Below, one piece after another: positions 1-13,700 of a stretch of DNA of 64,000 nt. The stretch lies in the NCBI GenBank assembly GCA_964016885.1, contig OZ024741.1, positions 302,374,001 to 302,438,000 of the forward strand, in the 5' to 3' direction. A program made the position numbers and the translations under genes. The notes beneath the pieces were generated by a model. That model saw only the letters and a list, made by a program, of their open reading frames with translations. It searched no databases and was not told the origin of the DNA. Origin of the DNA: Eledone cirrhosa. Lineage: Eukaryota. Within the stretch, counting starts at the first letter, position 1. Each line of letters begins with the position of its first letter.

Positions 1-149
1 GACAAAAAGCATCCAGCCATAGAATCACAGCTAAAATCAGCCCTGCGTGAGCTTAACATGGTCTTCTGACCAGATCTCTCACAAAGGGACAGCCAGTCCT
101 ACCCATACTAGTGTGGAAAATGGACGTTAAATGATGATGATGATGATGA

Positions 150-1085
150 TTAGTGGATTGGCAAGATCATTAGAAAGTCGGACAAAATGCTTTGTGGTGT
201 TTAGTTACGACAGTTCTGAGTTCAAATCAGCTAAGGTCAACTTTGCCTTTCAGTAGTTGATAAAATGAAGTACCAGTAATGTACTAGGCTGATTATCGAT
301 TTTCCCCTCCCCATAAATTGTTGGCCTTGTGCCTAAATCTGAGTTCAAATCCCGCCGAGGTTGACTTTGCCATTCATCCTTACGGGATCGATAAAATAAA
401 GTACCAGTAATGCACTGGGTAATTGCGGGCCTTGTGCCTAAAGTAGAAACAATTATTATATATTATTTATACAGTGGGTTGGCAGTATCGGTAGAGGGTC
501 GGACGCCATGCTTTCCAGCATAGTTACGTCCCTTTACGATCTGAGTTCAAATCCCACTGAGGTTGACTTTGCCTTTCATCTTTACGGGGTCGATAAAATA
601 AAGTACCAGTAATGCACTGGGTAATTGCTGGCCTTGTGCCTAAAGTAGAAACAATTATTTATACATGGCAGTATTGGTAGAGCGTTGAACAACATGCTTT
701 GCAGCATAGAGTTACGGTCCTTTACATTCTGAGTTCAAATCACGCCAAGGTTAGCTTTGTTTTCTTCTTTACGGAGTCGATAAAATAAAGTACCAGTAAC
801 GCACTGGGGTCGATTTATTTGATGATGTTCCTCTCTCCCAAAATTGTTGGCCTTGTACCTAAATCAGAAAGGAGGATTGGCAGTATTGGTAGAGAGTCGG
901 ACGCCATGCTTTCCTGCATAGTTACGACTCTTTACGGTCTGAGTTCAAATCCCGCCGAGGTTAACTTTGCCTTTCATCCTTACGGGGTCGATAAATAAAG
1001 TACCAGTCACGCACTGAGGTTGATTTAATCGACTTTCCCTTCCCCCAAAATTGCTGGCCTTGTGCCTATATAAAAAACCATTATT
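150..1085 (+). mobile_element. Head-to-tail cluster of about 5 tRNA-derived SINE copies (family A)
   Basis: Recurrent TGGCAG..GGTAGAG (A box), GAGTTCAAATCCC (B box), body ACTTTGCCTTTCATCCTTACGGGGTCGATAAAATAAAGTACCAG, tail GGCCTTGTGCCTAAAGTAGAAACAATTATT. Other copies at about 5610-5687(-), 6205-6390, 40786-40920, 42020-42198, 46290-46386, 63095-63260(-). Confidence 0.85.
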
Positions 1086-1139
1086 ACACTATATTGTTTT
1101 TGTGTTTTCTAAATTTCCTGTTGCTTATGTATTTGATAG

Positions 1140-1309
1140 CCACTTGTGGTTCAGTAGAAAGCTGTGGAGTCAATGAAAAGTGGGCTAAACCTCTGGAAAA
1201 TCTTTGGCACAATGTCCCTGTCAACCTAAAAGCTGAGATCCAATTCAATGTGGCAGTATCAAAACTGGAGCCTCATTGTTCAGTGTGCTCCCTCTTCACT
1301 CCTGTTGAG
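1140..1309 (+). CDS. KDM4: KDM4 exon (pre-PHD region)
   Basis: tag|CC..GAG|gtatgt; [34 protein letters not shown]. An alternative acceptor near 1154 is possible. Confidence 0.85.
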
Positions 1310-4300
1310 GTATGTCATTTCACACCTTGTCCCTTCTTTTTAACATATTCTCTAACTTACTTTTGTCATTGTATATTATGTGTAAGGATCATTAGGGTGT
1401 CGGGATTAAAAATACCTTGATATTTGTACCGGCTCACTGACAGTTAACTACATTTTGAGAGATGAAACAATTTATATATATTTACATTTCACTGGCACAC
1501 ACATATATATATATATATACATACATACATACAACAAAAAGCGCCAAGCTGTCACTGTAAAGTGATCGTGTAGATGTCACATCAAAAAGCACCTAGTCCA
1601 CACTGTAAAGTGGTCATGTGCGACAAAAGCACCCAGCCCACACTCTAAAGTGGTCATGTAGGTGTCACGACAAAAAGCACCCAGTACTCACTGTAAATGA
1701 GGTTGGTGCTAGGAAGGGCATCCAGCTGTAGAAAGCAAGCCAAAATCGGTTCTGAATGAGCATGACATGGTCACCTAACCGTGGCATTGCTCACAACAAG
1801 ATAACTCATCTAACCCATGCCAGCATGGAAAAGTAAACGTTAAACAGTGATGATGATGATTACATTTATATTTCATTTTGATTGATTTTATCTTTGATTA
1901 TCATCAGTCATCAGGTGTTTTATTCTTTGATTTGTCATAGTACCAGACTAGATTTAAACAAGGCTCCTTTATTACGAAATTAAGAGTAATGAGCACTCTT
2001 ATCCACTAAGCCACTGACACATCATGTATTCTATTAACACACACACAACAAATATATATGTGTGTGTTTATGTATTTTAGCTAGAGGAGATGCAAGTTGG
2101 TGTTGAGAATTGGGGCCTACTGTTGAGTTGTATTTAATTTTGTTTATTGCCATATAGTTTATGGACTATAATTCTAAAATGATTTATAATCTAATAACAA
2201 AGTAGTTTTGTGATTTGGTTTAAAAATTTAAAAATTAATTTTTTTTTTTTTTTAAATTTTATTTTTAGTTTGATAAAGATGGAGAATCTAGTTTGCTTCA
2301 AAAGACAAACAAAAAGACTGGAAAGTCTGCTAGATCCCTACCAGATCGAAGTTTGCCTGTGATACCAGAAATATGTTTTGCAATAAGCTCTGAGAATCCC
2401 CGACCAGAAGAAAATGGAGCTGTTTTTGATGATGAATCCTGGAGCAAACTTCTGACATGTCAGGTTTGCAAAGTTTGTGTTCATGCAAGTGAGTACCTTT
2501 TTGTAGTTACTCTCTGTAATAGCTAGAAACAGAGTTTCTGTTTAGGCTATTTTTTTTTATTTTCTTCCCTGTCTCTACTTCATTTGTAGCCATGTAATGG
2601 TTGATGTGGACAGTAATGTTCAAACACAACACTAATGATAGAATTTGAACTTATAACTGAATCTTCAATATGAAAAAAATGATATAGTCTCTAGAATTAG
2701 GTGTGAAGGCGCATGATGTAGTGGTTAGGGTGTTGGACTTGCAATCATAATGTTGTGGGTTCAATTCTTGGACCAGGTGGCACATTGTGCTCTTGAGTAA
2801 AACATTTCATTTCACATTGCTCCAGTACACTCAGCTGAAAATAAGTAGCAGTAGTAGCTGGGAGTTAACCATGCAATGGACTAGCATCCTGTCCAGTTTG
2901 TATGCTTTGTCACTTAACGCCAAGAAAACCAGGATAAGCATCGGTGTGATGAGCATCTAGGCTTTGGAATAACTTCAACTTCTTTTATTTTTCTTACTAG
3001 AATTGGGTAAGCTAATAGTTTGTGTTGATTAGAATTAGATTGAAAATAAAAACAAAAGAAGTGTGCTGTGAGATGAAGTCAAGAGACTACTATTTCAGGT
3101 GGATCCTTTCATTGGAGAAGAAATACTTAGATTTAGCTGATACTTTGTCCATTTGACTATTGTAGCCAATTAGTAAAGTTGTAAATTATATATATCTCAT
3201 GCCATATGAAATATAGCTGTCTCTGAAGAAAGAAAAATATAATTGTGTTGGAGATTGTGCAACTCTATATGTTCCATCTGCACTGGTCTAAGTTATTAAC
3301 CCTTTAGCATTTAAACCAGCCGTAACCGGCCAGAATTCTTTCATCTCTTTCTGTTCAAACTACCCATAACTGGCCATTCGTACTGATGTTAAGATATTGT
3401 TCTCAAAATAAATAATTTCACATAGATTTGATATTATGTCAGATAATTTTGAATGGCAAAGCCTTTAGCATGAAAATATAATAGTAAATATAGAGTAATG
3501 TAAATGCTAAAGGGTTAAGAGGGTTTACCAGTTTTCAACACTGCACCAAATATGAAATAACTTATTGTATAGTTAACTCATTAAATTTTGTTCTCTGATC
3601 AAGTTCCTTTAATTGTTGTAATTATTTATAATTTATTGAGCTGCCTACAATAAAAAAAATGTCTTTGTAACTATAATAATTTAGCAGAGCCCCTTACTTT
3701 TTATATATTGTGACAAGTAAAGGTAGTAATCTCGTGGGTATGGTAATTACTACACTTATGCTTTGTTTTGTTTTTTTGTTAAGCACTATCAACATTATTC
3801 CATTATGTATAATAGTTAAGTCTTTTATTTTGGTGTGTGGCTTAGTGGTGTTGGACTCACACTCATATGGTTTCAGTTCTTGGAATGGGCCATGTGTTGT
3901 GTTCTTGAGCAAGATGCTTCATTTTATATTCCTTTTCATGATATGACTGAGGCCCCTATCATTAAAGCACCCAATAAACCTGTTATGAAATGCAATCTTA
4001 TAGGAGGCTATTTAAACTTGCATAAGTGTGAGCAATAAATTTCCTTTTTTCCTTTCCGTTTCATTTCATCTATTTGGCTTAATAAAATACCAGTCAAGTA
4101 CTAGGGGTTCAGTTTAATTGACTTGCAGTATTTAGTTACAGTTCTTTACTTCCTGAGTTTGATCTCTTTCTAAGGTGAATTTTGCCTTTCATTCTTCCAA
4201 AGGTTAATAAAATAATGTATTAATTCAGTACTGGGGTCAATAACATTGACCAAACAGCCTCACTTACAATGTGAGACTTTTTGCACTTATTTCAGTTACA

Positions 4301-7300
4301 ATCCTTTACGTTCTGTGTTCAAATCTCTCCACTATCAACTTTGCATTCTATCTTTCTGGGGTCAATAAAATCAAGCCTCTTTTAAGTACTGAGGTCAACA
4401 TTTTCCCTTCTCCAAATTGCAGGCCTTGTACTAATGTTAGAGACAATTATGTAATGTAGTAACAGAAATTTGGAAATAGAATTAAATACCGAGCTTCATC
4501 TTTAAACATCTTCAGTTGGAATCATTTTGAATTTTACATTCCATTCCTTTGATATTCATAAAATAAATACCAGTCATATACCATGGTCTAGTCATTTAAG
4601 TCCACCCATCTGCAATAAATTTGACTTTGCATGTGTGTGTGAAATAATTGTTGTCACAGTAACCACCAATGACATTCTTGGTTGTTTGAATATGGGGAAT
4701 TGATAACATAAAATCTCACTTTAATTATTCAGGTTGCTATGGAGCTAAAGGAACAGGTGTTTGGAAATGCCAACGTTGTAAAAAGAAGGATTTCTCTGCT
4801 GTAAGTATGAATATATCTGTTAATTGTGTCCTCTATCATACAACTAATATTGTTCCCTTTTTTGTCTTCTTAATATTGGTGGATTGGAAAAATTAGTAGA
4901 GCATCTGATTAAATGACATTATGGTATTTGTTTTGGCTCTTTACATTCTGAGTTCAAATCCTGATGGGATGAGGAGAAGGGGGAGGATGACATAAGTTAG
5001 GTGAAATAATGCCATGGATTAGCAATGGAGGTAGTATGTAGTTGAATTAAGTATTAGTAGAATTGGACCATGATAAAGAAGTAACGAAGATCTGGAAAGA
5101 AATAGATAAACATTGGCTTTTATAGCTGTATCAAGACATAGAGGATTAAAATACTGTATTGCAAATTTAAGGTGACAAATTGGTTGAGCTGTTAAGGCAT
5201 CACATTTACAAATGCCTTGGTATTTGTTCCAGCTTATTGTGCTCCATGTTCAAATTCTGCTGAGGTCAATTTTGTTTTTTTACCCGTTTGAGGTTAATAA
5301 ATAAAGTACCAGTCCAGTACTAGGGTTAGTCCCTCTCCCCTCCCCAACCTCTCTCTTTCAGAAATTAGCTGTGTTCCAGCCTGGAGAGGGATGGGTTCTG
5401 CCAGGTTTTAAATGCCCAAGTGTTTCAAGGTGGTGTCCCTATGATTCCATCAGGGGTTAAGTAAGAGCCTTTTACTACCTAAATACCTCCCCTAACATAG
5501 AAACATAGACATAAAAAGTGATTAGGGTATAGATAACCTTACATTATATTGCAGCATATTATTTGCTTCCAGAAGATTTATTTTCTGGTAATATCATCCT
5601 CAATATAATTGTTTCTACGTTAGGCACAAGGCCAGCAATTACTCAGTGCATTACTGGTACTTTATTTTATCGACCCCGTAAGGATGAATCCTCAATATAA
5701 TAGCTTTAAGAACTATTTTTCTATTCCTTACCTATTTCTTAATAATACAAACCTACTTATGAACCAAATTATTGACACTTATATTTCAATCAATCTTCTC
5801 TTATCTGATGTCTACCATGCTATAGTCTAATTTATTATTTTAAATGTAAGAATTGGTCCTATGTATTACAAACTAGTATTAAAGAAAGATTTTTAAAATG
5901 GAGTTTTAAAAAATTGCATACAAGTGTGAAAATATAGATATTTTACCCAATTTATTTAACTATTGTTATAGATATCTGCATTGTGGTGACTATATTTTCA
6001 AATTTCCTAATGCTTTGTAAATCAACCAAATCTTGTTTAATTTACTTTGTTTCATATACTAGGGAGAAAATCCACAAAAATTAATTTTTAAATCCATAAA
6101 ATAATAAAAGCATGAAATGTCACCCAAATGTGTACAGACACCTGTGCTTTATTTACCTTTCATGTTGTTAAATGGATAATAATTATCATCATCATCATCA
6201 TTATTTCTGGTGGATTGGCAGTGCGTCAAACACCATGCTTTACAGCATAGAGTTATGGCCCTTTACGTTCTGAGTTCAAATCCCGCTGAGGTTAGCTTTT
6301 CCTTTCATCCTTACGGGGTTGATAAAATAAAACGCCAGTAATGCACTGGGGTAATTGCTGGCCTTGTGCCAAAAGTAGAAACAATTATTATTTCTGTCTT
6401 CCATGCTGATATGGTCCAATGTTAAACAGGTCGGAGAGACCTCATCTTGCTCATATGTTCCATATTAAGCATGGTTTCTATTATGACTGAATGCATTTCC
6501 TAACATCAATCACCCTACAGGGTGTGCTAGATGCATTTTATTGTGATACCAGCACTACCACTTTACAGAATGTATTTGGTGCATTTTAACATGGCACCAC
6601 CACTAGAAAGGTTGTCACATGCTCTTCCTGACTAAAGAGTCCTTTCAAACCCTATACCGTTTCCATTCAAATGCCTACACTGTAGGCTCTGATCTCTCAC
6701 CACATTTACTTTTAGTATCACAGTGCTTGTACTGGTGGATTGATCTTTTGTATTATGGCATATCACCAATCAGCTTGGTCATGAGTCACCAACCACTTTA
6801 TAGAGTGTTCTGAGTGCGTTTTATTGTGTCACCAACCCTGGAGAGATTCTTGTGCCCTTGAAACACTGAAAAGTCACCTCAGTTTATTATATTTAAACAT
6901 ATTTTTAAAGAATGCTTTGTTCTTGGATTTGTATCGACCCATTGATTCTCTGAACCGTTTGTTGTATGTATTTGCTTTTTCAGGAATGCAGTTTATGTTG
7001 TTTACGTGGCGGAGCTTTGAAACTCACAACCGATGGTCATTGGTGTCACTTAGTCTGTGCTCTTTCTCTGCCAGATGTTTCTTTTCGGGACATTGATGCC
7101 CGTGGACCCATTGATATATTGAAAATGTCCCCCAAAAGGGCTAAGCTGGTAAGTCTGTTTGCTATACATCAAAACTTAACTTGAATATAAAAAAAAAAAA
7201 TTTAAAAAAAAGCCTCTATTCGTCTGTTTGACTTGCTAAATAGAGCTGCCAAAGCTCCCTCAAGTCACATTCTTCAGTCTTTACCCATTCTTTACTATAT

Positions 7301-7658
7301 TTCTAATAAAAGATTGCCTATCATTTTCAAATCATTTTGAAAATAAAAGATTTGGTAAAATATGTAATTCTTTTCATAAGTAAGGTAGGATTTTAGAACA
7401 TTACTTCACAAAAATTCTTAAATAAAATTATAAATTGATTAATTGACAATTAGAGACAGTATTTTTCATTAGAAATATAATAACTAAAGGGCTAAATTAA
7501 TTGAAAATCATAGGCAGTGTTTTTCATTAGAAATATGTAACTTTGAACAAGGAGCATAACTCTGCCTCTTCTGGATTGCCTTTGAAAAAAAAAAATTGCT
7601 CTCATACTCCCAAGTCTCGAATAATCGTTTTCCCCACCAATTTTTCAAATTTTTTCTA

Positions 7659-7708
<50 letters not shown>

Positions 7709-7709
7709 A

Positions 7710-7748
<39 letters not shown>

Positions 7749-10700
7749 TAAATTTATCTCATAAATGTTCTAATACACACTGTCTTGTATATAAATGTTT
7801 ATTAATTAAATTATGTTAATTTTGACATCTCAGAAATGCTGCTATTGTCATCCTAAAGCCAAGTCAGACGGAACCCATGGAAGTTGTGCTCAGTGTTCAT
7901 TTGGACGATGTACATTATCTTTCCACATTACTTGCGCTCATGCTGCTGGGGTTGTCTTTGAGACCAGTGATTGGCCTTACCCAATTTACATGACTTGCCA
8001 CAGACACAATTCCAACAAAGAAAAGGTCAGTAATTCTTTTTTCTGTTTTAAAATGCACACAGTCAACACTGTAATGTGGTAGTGTTGGTCCCCCCCCCCC
8101 AAAAAAAAATGTGCCACGAGTAAACAAAGCTAATGCATGCAAAGAAGTGATTGGCATTAAGAAGGGCATCTAGTTATAGAAACCATGCCAAAATGGTACA
8201 TGTGAGCAAGACATAGTCTTCTTACCTGACTAGTCTAGCCTCAGAGCATGACAACCCATCTAACCCATGCATGGAAAATAGACGTAAAACAGTGATGATG
8301 ATGTTTTAAGTTGGGGACAAATTGACAGTCCTTAGAGTTTCTGATTAAATGGTATATGGTTCCAGCTCACTGCACTTTGATTTCAAATTCTGGGATCAAT
8401 AAATAAAGTACCAGTCCACTGACTGTGAATTGGCAGAATTGTTAAAAGTTGGAGAGAATACTTTGCAGTATCTGATCCAGCTCTGGGCATTCTGAGTTTA
8501 AATCCCACCTCTATCTGCCAGTTGTGACTGGCAGATAGTATCAGCAATAGAAAGACAATTGAATACATTGTTTCCTTGGTTTAAGCTGATGTTCAGCTCC
8601 ATTCTTTTAACTTGGAAGCATTTGAAATGAAGTGGTATAGTAACAAGTGTGTTGCCAGTGTTTATTGGTGGAGGAGAATAAATTCTATTAGTTTTATCAA
8701 ATAAAGAGAATAAAGGTAGTAATTTTGAAAAGTTGTTAACTTACCAAGCCAGAAACCTATCATCATCATATCAGCCTTTACATGCTAGCATGGGATGGAC
8801 AGGACATTTTGAGGCAATGTTTTCTAGCCAGATGCCTTTCTTAACACCAATACTTTTTAATCACTTTTTATGACATGTAGGAATATGGTATACCTACTGT
8901 AAACCAAATGCACATACATTTATATGATGATGATGATGATGGTGGTGGAGCTGATGGGCTCTTCTGTTGAAAAGGACGTATGAGTGCCCAGTTATTTGAT
9001 AACAGGATAATTTATCTACTGGAAACAACACAAACCACTACAAATCTGTTCATATACACCTAAGGATAATCGCATATTAAAGAATATGCTTCACATTGAT
9101 TCACCTCTGGTGAATATAGCTTTGGCCAGGAGGAGTTCATGTCATCTGACAGTGCCAAACATTCATTGGATGTTTCAACTCTGAACCATAATGCCCTCCC
9201 ATTGGTGGGTCAGCAGTGGTGGCTAAATAACTGTCCATCTTCTGGTTTCCAGCAAAAGGCTCTTTCTACTGCCTCCTCTATTCTGCACAGGGTGGATTCA
9301 CTTCCTTGTGGTGGCATCAGGTAGGTTTCTTCTGAGAATTTGAGGGGACACGGGTGCTGAAATATCCTGTTCTTTGGAGAGTTTTCTAACACTTGTCTCT
9401 GTGGTTTGCTTAATAACCATTATATAAATGGAACCTTGTAAAGATAGAACAGCTCTAGATTTAGACAAATATTTAGCTATATAGCATGTGTATTGATTGG
9501 AAGATGTTTGTATATTTAACTTTTTTGATACCAAACCACCACAAACTGCCTCTGGTTCTATGATTTAACAAAATGCCCATTCGAACGCACTTATATTTAT
9601 ATTAAAACTTTCCATCATAATTTTATGTAAGTACATTTTGTTACATAATACTCCAAATGTTAGCTTAATAATGAGAAAGTTGGTTATAATACTAAGTTCC
9701 TCTAAAGTTTTGACTATTTTCTAAATTAATTGAAACAGAGGTAGTACATTTAATTTAGAAATATATTAACAAAATGGCTAAAATTGATTTGGAGAAAAGA
9801 ATTTAGTTTCTCATGTAATAAATGTACTAAAATGATATTTTCTCCCCTTTCTTTCAGTCAAGACGTAATAACTTGGCTTCCTTGAAGGTTTCTGACAAAG
9901 TGATTGCCAAGCACAAAAACCGTAGATACTACAAAGCTGATGTAACAGCTATCAAGAATCAGATTTTTTATGCAGTTGACTTTGATGATGGTTCTTTTAG
10001 TGATAATCTTTTCCCTGAAGATATCCAAGTGAGTTCCCATTTCTTACCTTCTTTTCACTTCATTTCCTGATTGAGCTCAAGGGGAATTATTTTTAATTCA
10101 GTGATTTCTAATAGCAGAATCATTAGAGTGTTTGGACAAACTGTTTTGCAGACAATGCTGCATGTTGTTTGGGATTACACCCTCAGATGTTTTACCGGCA
10201 GCTTGGAGGCAATCCATAGTGTTGCAAGTGGCACCTTGGTCTTGACCTGCCTCTCTAACTATTGTGCATATGTCATATGACAAGAAAAATTAATTACACT
10301 AAAGTGTATGCATTAAATAAGTGATTAAAATTAAAATTATATATTAGTTCAAATAAACTACAACCATTGCCCCCCTCACCACCACTCAGTATATCGTGTG
10401 TGTATGTTTCTGCATTTTACATGAGTAAATGGCCTTCTCTTTCTTTTGCGTTACACCATTACTGTCTCTCTCTCTCTCTCTCTCTCTTCATTGAACATTC
10501 TTTTCTCTTTCTCACACTATTACTATTCCCCTCTCATCAACACTTTCTCTTTTTTTTTTTTACCCTTTTCTCTGTATTACATTATAGCAATTGCAGAGGT
10601 AAAGTGGGTGAGGTGTAATTTTTCTCTTCTACTTAGTTTCTATATTTATCAACACCGACACTGCTGCCATTTTACGTTTGTTTTTCAATTACTTAAAACT

Positions 10701-13700
10701 GCTTTGTTTAACTTAGGGGCGCGATTGTTTGACTGAAGGTCCTCCCCATGTTGGTGAAGCTGTGCAAGTGAAATGGCCAGATGGAGGTATATATGATGCT
10801 GTGTTCCTAAGCCACAACTCAGCCCTGATGTACACAGTGAGTAACTTTTTCAATTCTTATAATAAACATTAGGTTCATTTACAAAGTATTGGGGAAGTTT
10901 AAAATTTGAAAATATGTTGTATAAATTGGGTAAAATACCCTTGGAGATGTGAAAAAGTGGTCGGACATCTACAGGCCTTGAAACATGCATCTCTCATGTC
11001 AGATACATGCATTGAGCCATTATGCTAAAGTGCATCTGGCTGCGAATTACCAGCTTTTTAGAAGTTTTAAGTGTCAAGCTAGATGTGTAAAGATTAGATT
11101 AATATATAAAGCATTGGGAAATTTAAAATCTGAAATTTTGTTGGCCCTAATGCTGACAAATCATCATCATCATCATCATCAACGTTTAACGTCCGTGTTC
11201 CACACTTGCATGGGTTTGGACGGGGGTAGTCCCACTTGAGGCAAGAGTGATTGTCTTGCTCGCATAGGACTGTCTGGCAGGTTTTCTACAGTTGGATGCC
11301 CTTCCTAACACCAACCACATTTACAGTGTGGGTCTGGGAGGTTTTTACCGTGTTGCCTACAGGGCCACATTACAGCGTGGACTGTGTGTTTTTTTTTTCG
11401 TGACACCTACACGATCTCATTTGTTTCGGCCTGGATGGCGCGGCACCAACATAACATTACATAGAACGGGGTGGTGTGGATGGGGTGGTGGTGGTGGGAC
11501 GGGGTGTATTTTGTTAGAGATGCCTACTGGCTGTAGTAGGTTTTACTATGTATTTAGGTAAGGCGGGTCTTCTCTGTTATTGAGTACCGCCAAAGGTCTC
11601 GGTCCAGTGACATTGTCTTGGAAAGGTGTAAGTGTGTGAGGTCGGAGTTTATCAGCTCATCCCAGGTTTTTCTAGGTCTGCCTATTCCGTGGCTACCGTC
11701 TATCTTTATTGCCCTGCACTTTGTTATACAGCTATCGACTTTCATGCGCATCACGTGTCCATACCAACGTAGTCTTCTCTCGAGTAAACAACATCTGATC
11801 CCTCTTATTTCTAATTTTTTCCTTAGTATGTTTATGCTTTGCCGTTCACGTATATTACTGTTACACATCCAGCGGAACATGCAAGCTTCGTTCCTCTCTA
11901 GTCTGCGTATATCCTCTGCACACAATGCCCAGGTCTCACTGCCATGCAACATTGCTGTTCGTATGCAGGCATCGTACAACCTGCCTTTCATTTTTAGGGA
12001 GAACCCTTTAGCAGCTAATAGTGGTATAAGCTCTCTGAACTTTTTCCAACCAGTTCTGACTCTAGCTACTGTACTTTCAGAGCACTCTCCCCCACTGCTG
12101 ATTTTATCGCCCAGGTAACGGAAGCTGTCCACTATTTCTATAGAACCCTCTGCGCAATTGAAAGAGCTAGTATTTTGTGGGCACTTGCTGCTACTTATTG
12201 CACCAGAGCACCGGCCACATGTAAAATCTATGTTCTTAGTTAGCTTACCTGTGATCCCACTACATCTTTTATGCACCCATACTTTGCATTTCGGACATAA
12301 AATGGAGTTTCTACCTACGCCTTTCCTACACACCGAGCACGACCATTTCCCAGAAGGGACCGCCGCCTTATTTTCTTTCCTACAAACTAGAACTTTAGTC
12401 TTAGCCAGGTTAATTTTAAGTCCTTTTGATTCTAGGCCGTGCTTCCATGTTTGGAATTTCTTCTCTAGCTCGGCCATTGATTCCGCTATGAGTGTCAGGT
12501 CGTCTGCGTATAGGAGTTCCCATGGGCAGCCGGTCTTGAACTCCTCTGTTATAGCCTGAAGGGCAATAATAAATAGTAGGGGGCTGAGAACAGAGCCCTG
12601 ATGGACGCCAACTTTTACGCTAAACTCTTCACTATATTCGTTGTTAATTCTAACCTTGCTGACTGTTTCTTTATACATGGCTTGTATAGCCCTCACAAGC
12701 CATTCGTCAACGCCTAGTTTTCTAAGAGCCCACCAGATAATGGAGCGGGGGACTCTGTCGAAGGCTTTCTCCAAGTCGACAAAAGCTAAGTAGAGGGGTT
12801 TACCTTTAGCTAGATACTTCTCAACTATAATAAAGAAATCTTAATAATAATAAAGAAATCTTAACTATAATAAAGAAAGGAGTGCGGGATTGCGTCCAGA
12901 ATATATTTGTTTACCCCGTTTGTAAAATAAGTTGGATTACTTTGAATAAATAATGAATGAATATTACATAATTTATGTGCTAAATTTTGTGGCTGTTGAT
13001 TAAATATATTTTATAGCTTATTTAAAGACCTTTAAAATTCACTTCTTTAAAATTTTCAAAAGTCAACACTTCCGGTTAGCGGCCGTTATATTATAACACT
13101 TATAAAAATATTGCATATATTTCCGTCACTAATTTTCTCCTAATGCAGTTTATATATAATATTGTCTTTTTTTAAATGTATCATGGATTACGTTACTGAT
13201 TACAGAAGACAGTGTAACATAGACTTTGTTCAATTTCTGTATATATTGTCAATTATATTATTTATCTACATGCATATATATTTGTGTATAATATTAATAT
13301 ACACACTACAGATGCTAGCAGAAAACCACCCGTAGGTTGGTTTTTCTGCTAGTACAAGTAACGATTTTTAACTATAAATAATAGTGTTTCAATTCCTGCA
13401 GTTGTCTCCATTCACTTTTTTCCATTTATAAGGGCATTTTTACTTGACTTTTTCAACTATTATTTATAGTTATCAACTATTACTTATAGTTGTTGGCATG
13501 TCAGTATTGTATTTTGATAGAGTCATGTTTGTTATTTTGTCAAGCAAACATGCAGTTGTTTATTTACAATTATCAACTTAGTGGGTTTTTTTAGCCAAAC
13601 ATCCTATAAGCCCTTCTTCACTGATCTCTACTGAGATGCAGTAAAGGTAATATTTCAACTGACGATTTATTGAGCTCTTCTTTTCCATCGCTTCTACTCC

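Noticed and set aside
2707-2780. tRNA gene
   Set aside because: A/B boxes are present but the sequence is degenerate, continues into a SINE body and is multi-copy
9139-9534. Short ORFs in a KDM4 intron, faintly like the end of an RLE retrotransposon ([10 protein letters not shown])
   Set aside because: Too degenerate to assign and no splice support
11618-12559. Plus-strand ORFs of 166 and 133 aa (similar ones at 33728, 34214, 35111 and 63545)
   Set aside because: Antisense shadow frames of LINE RT ORFs
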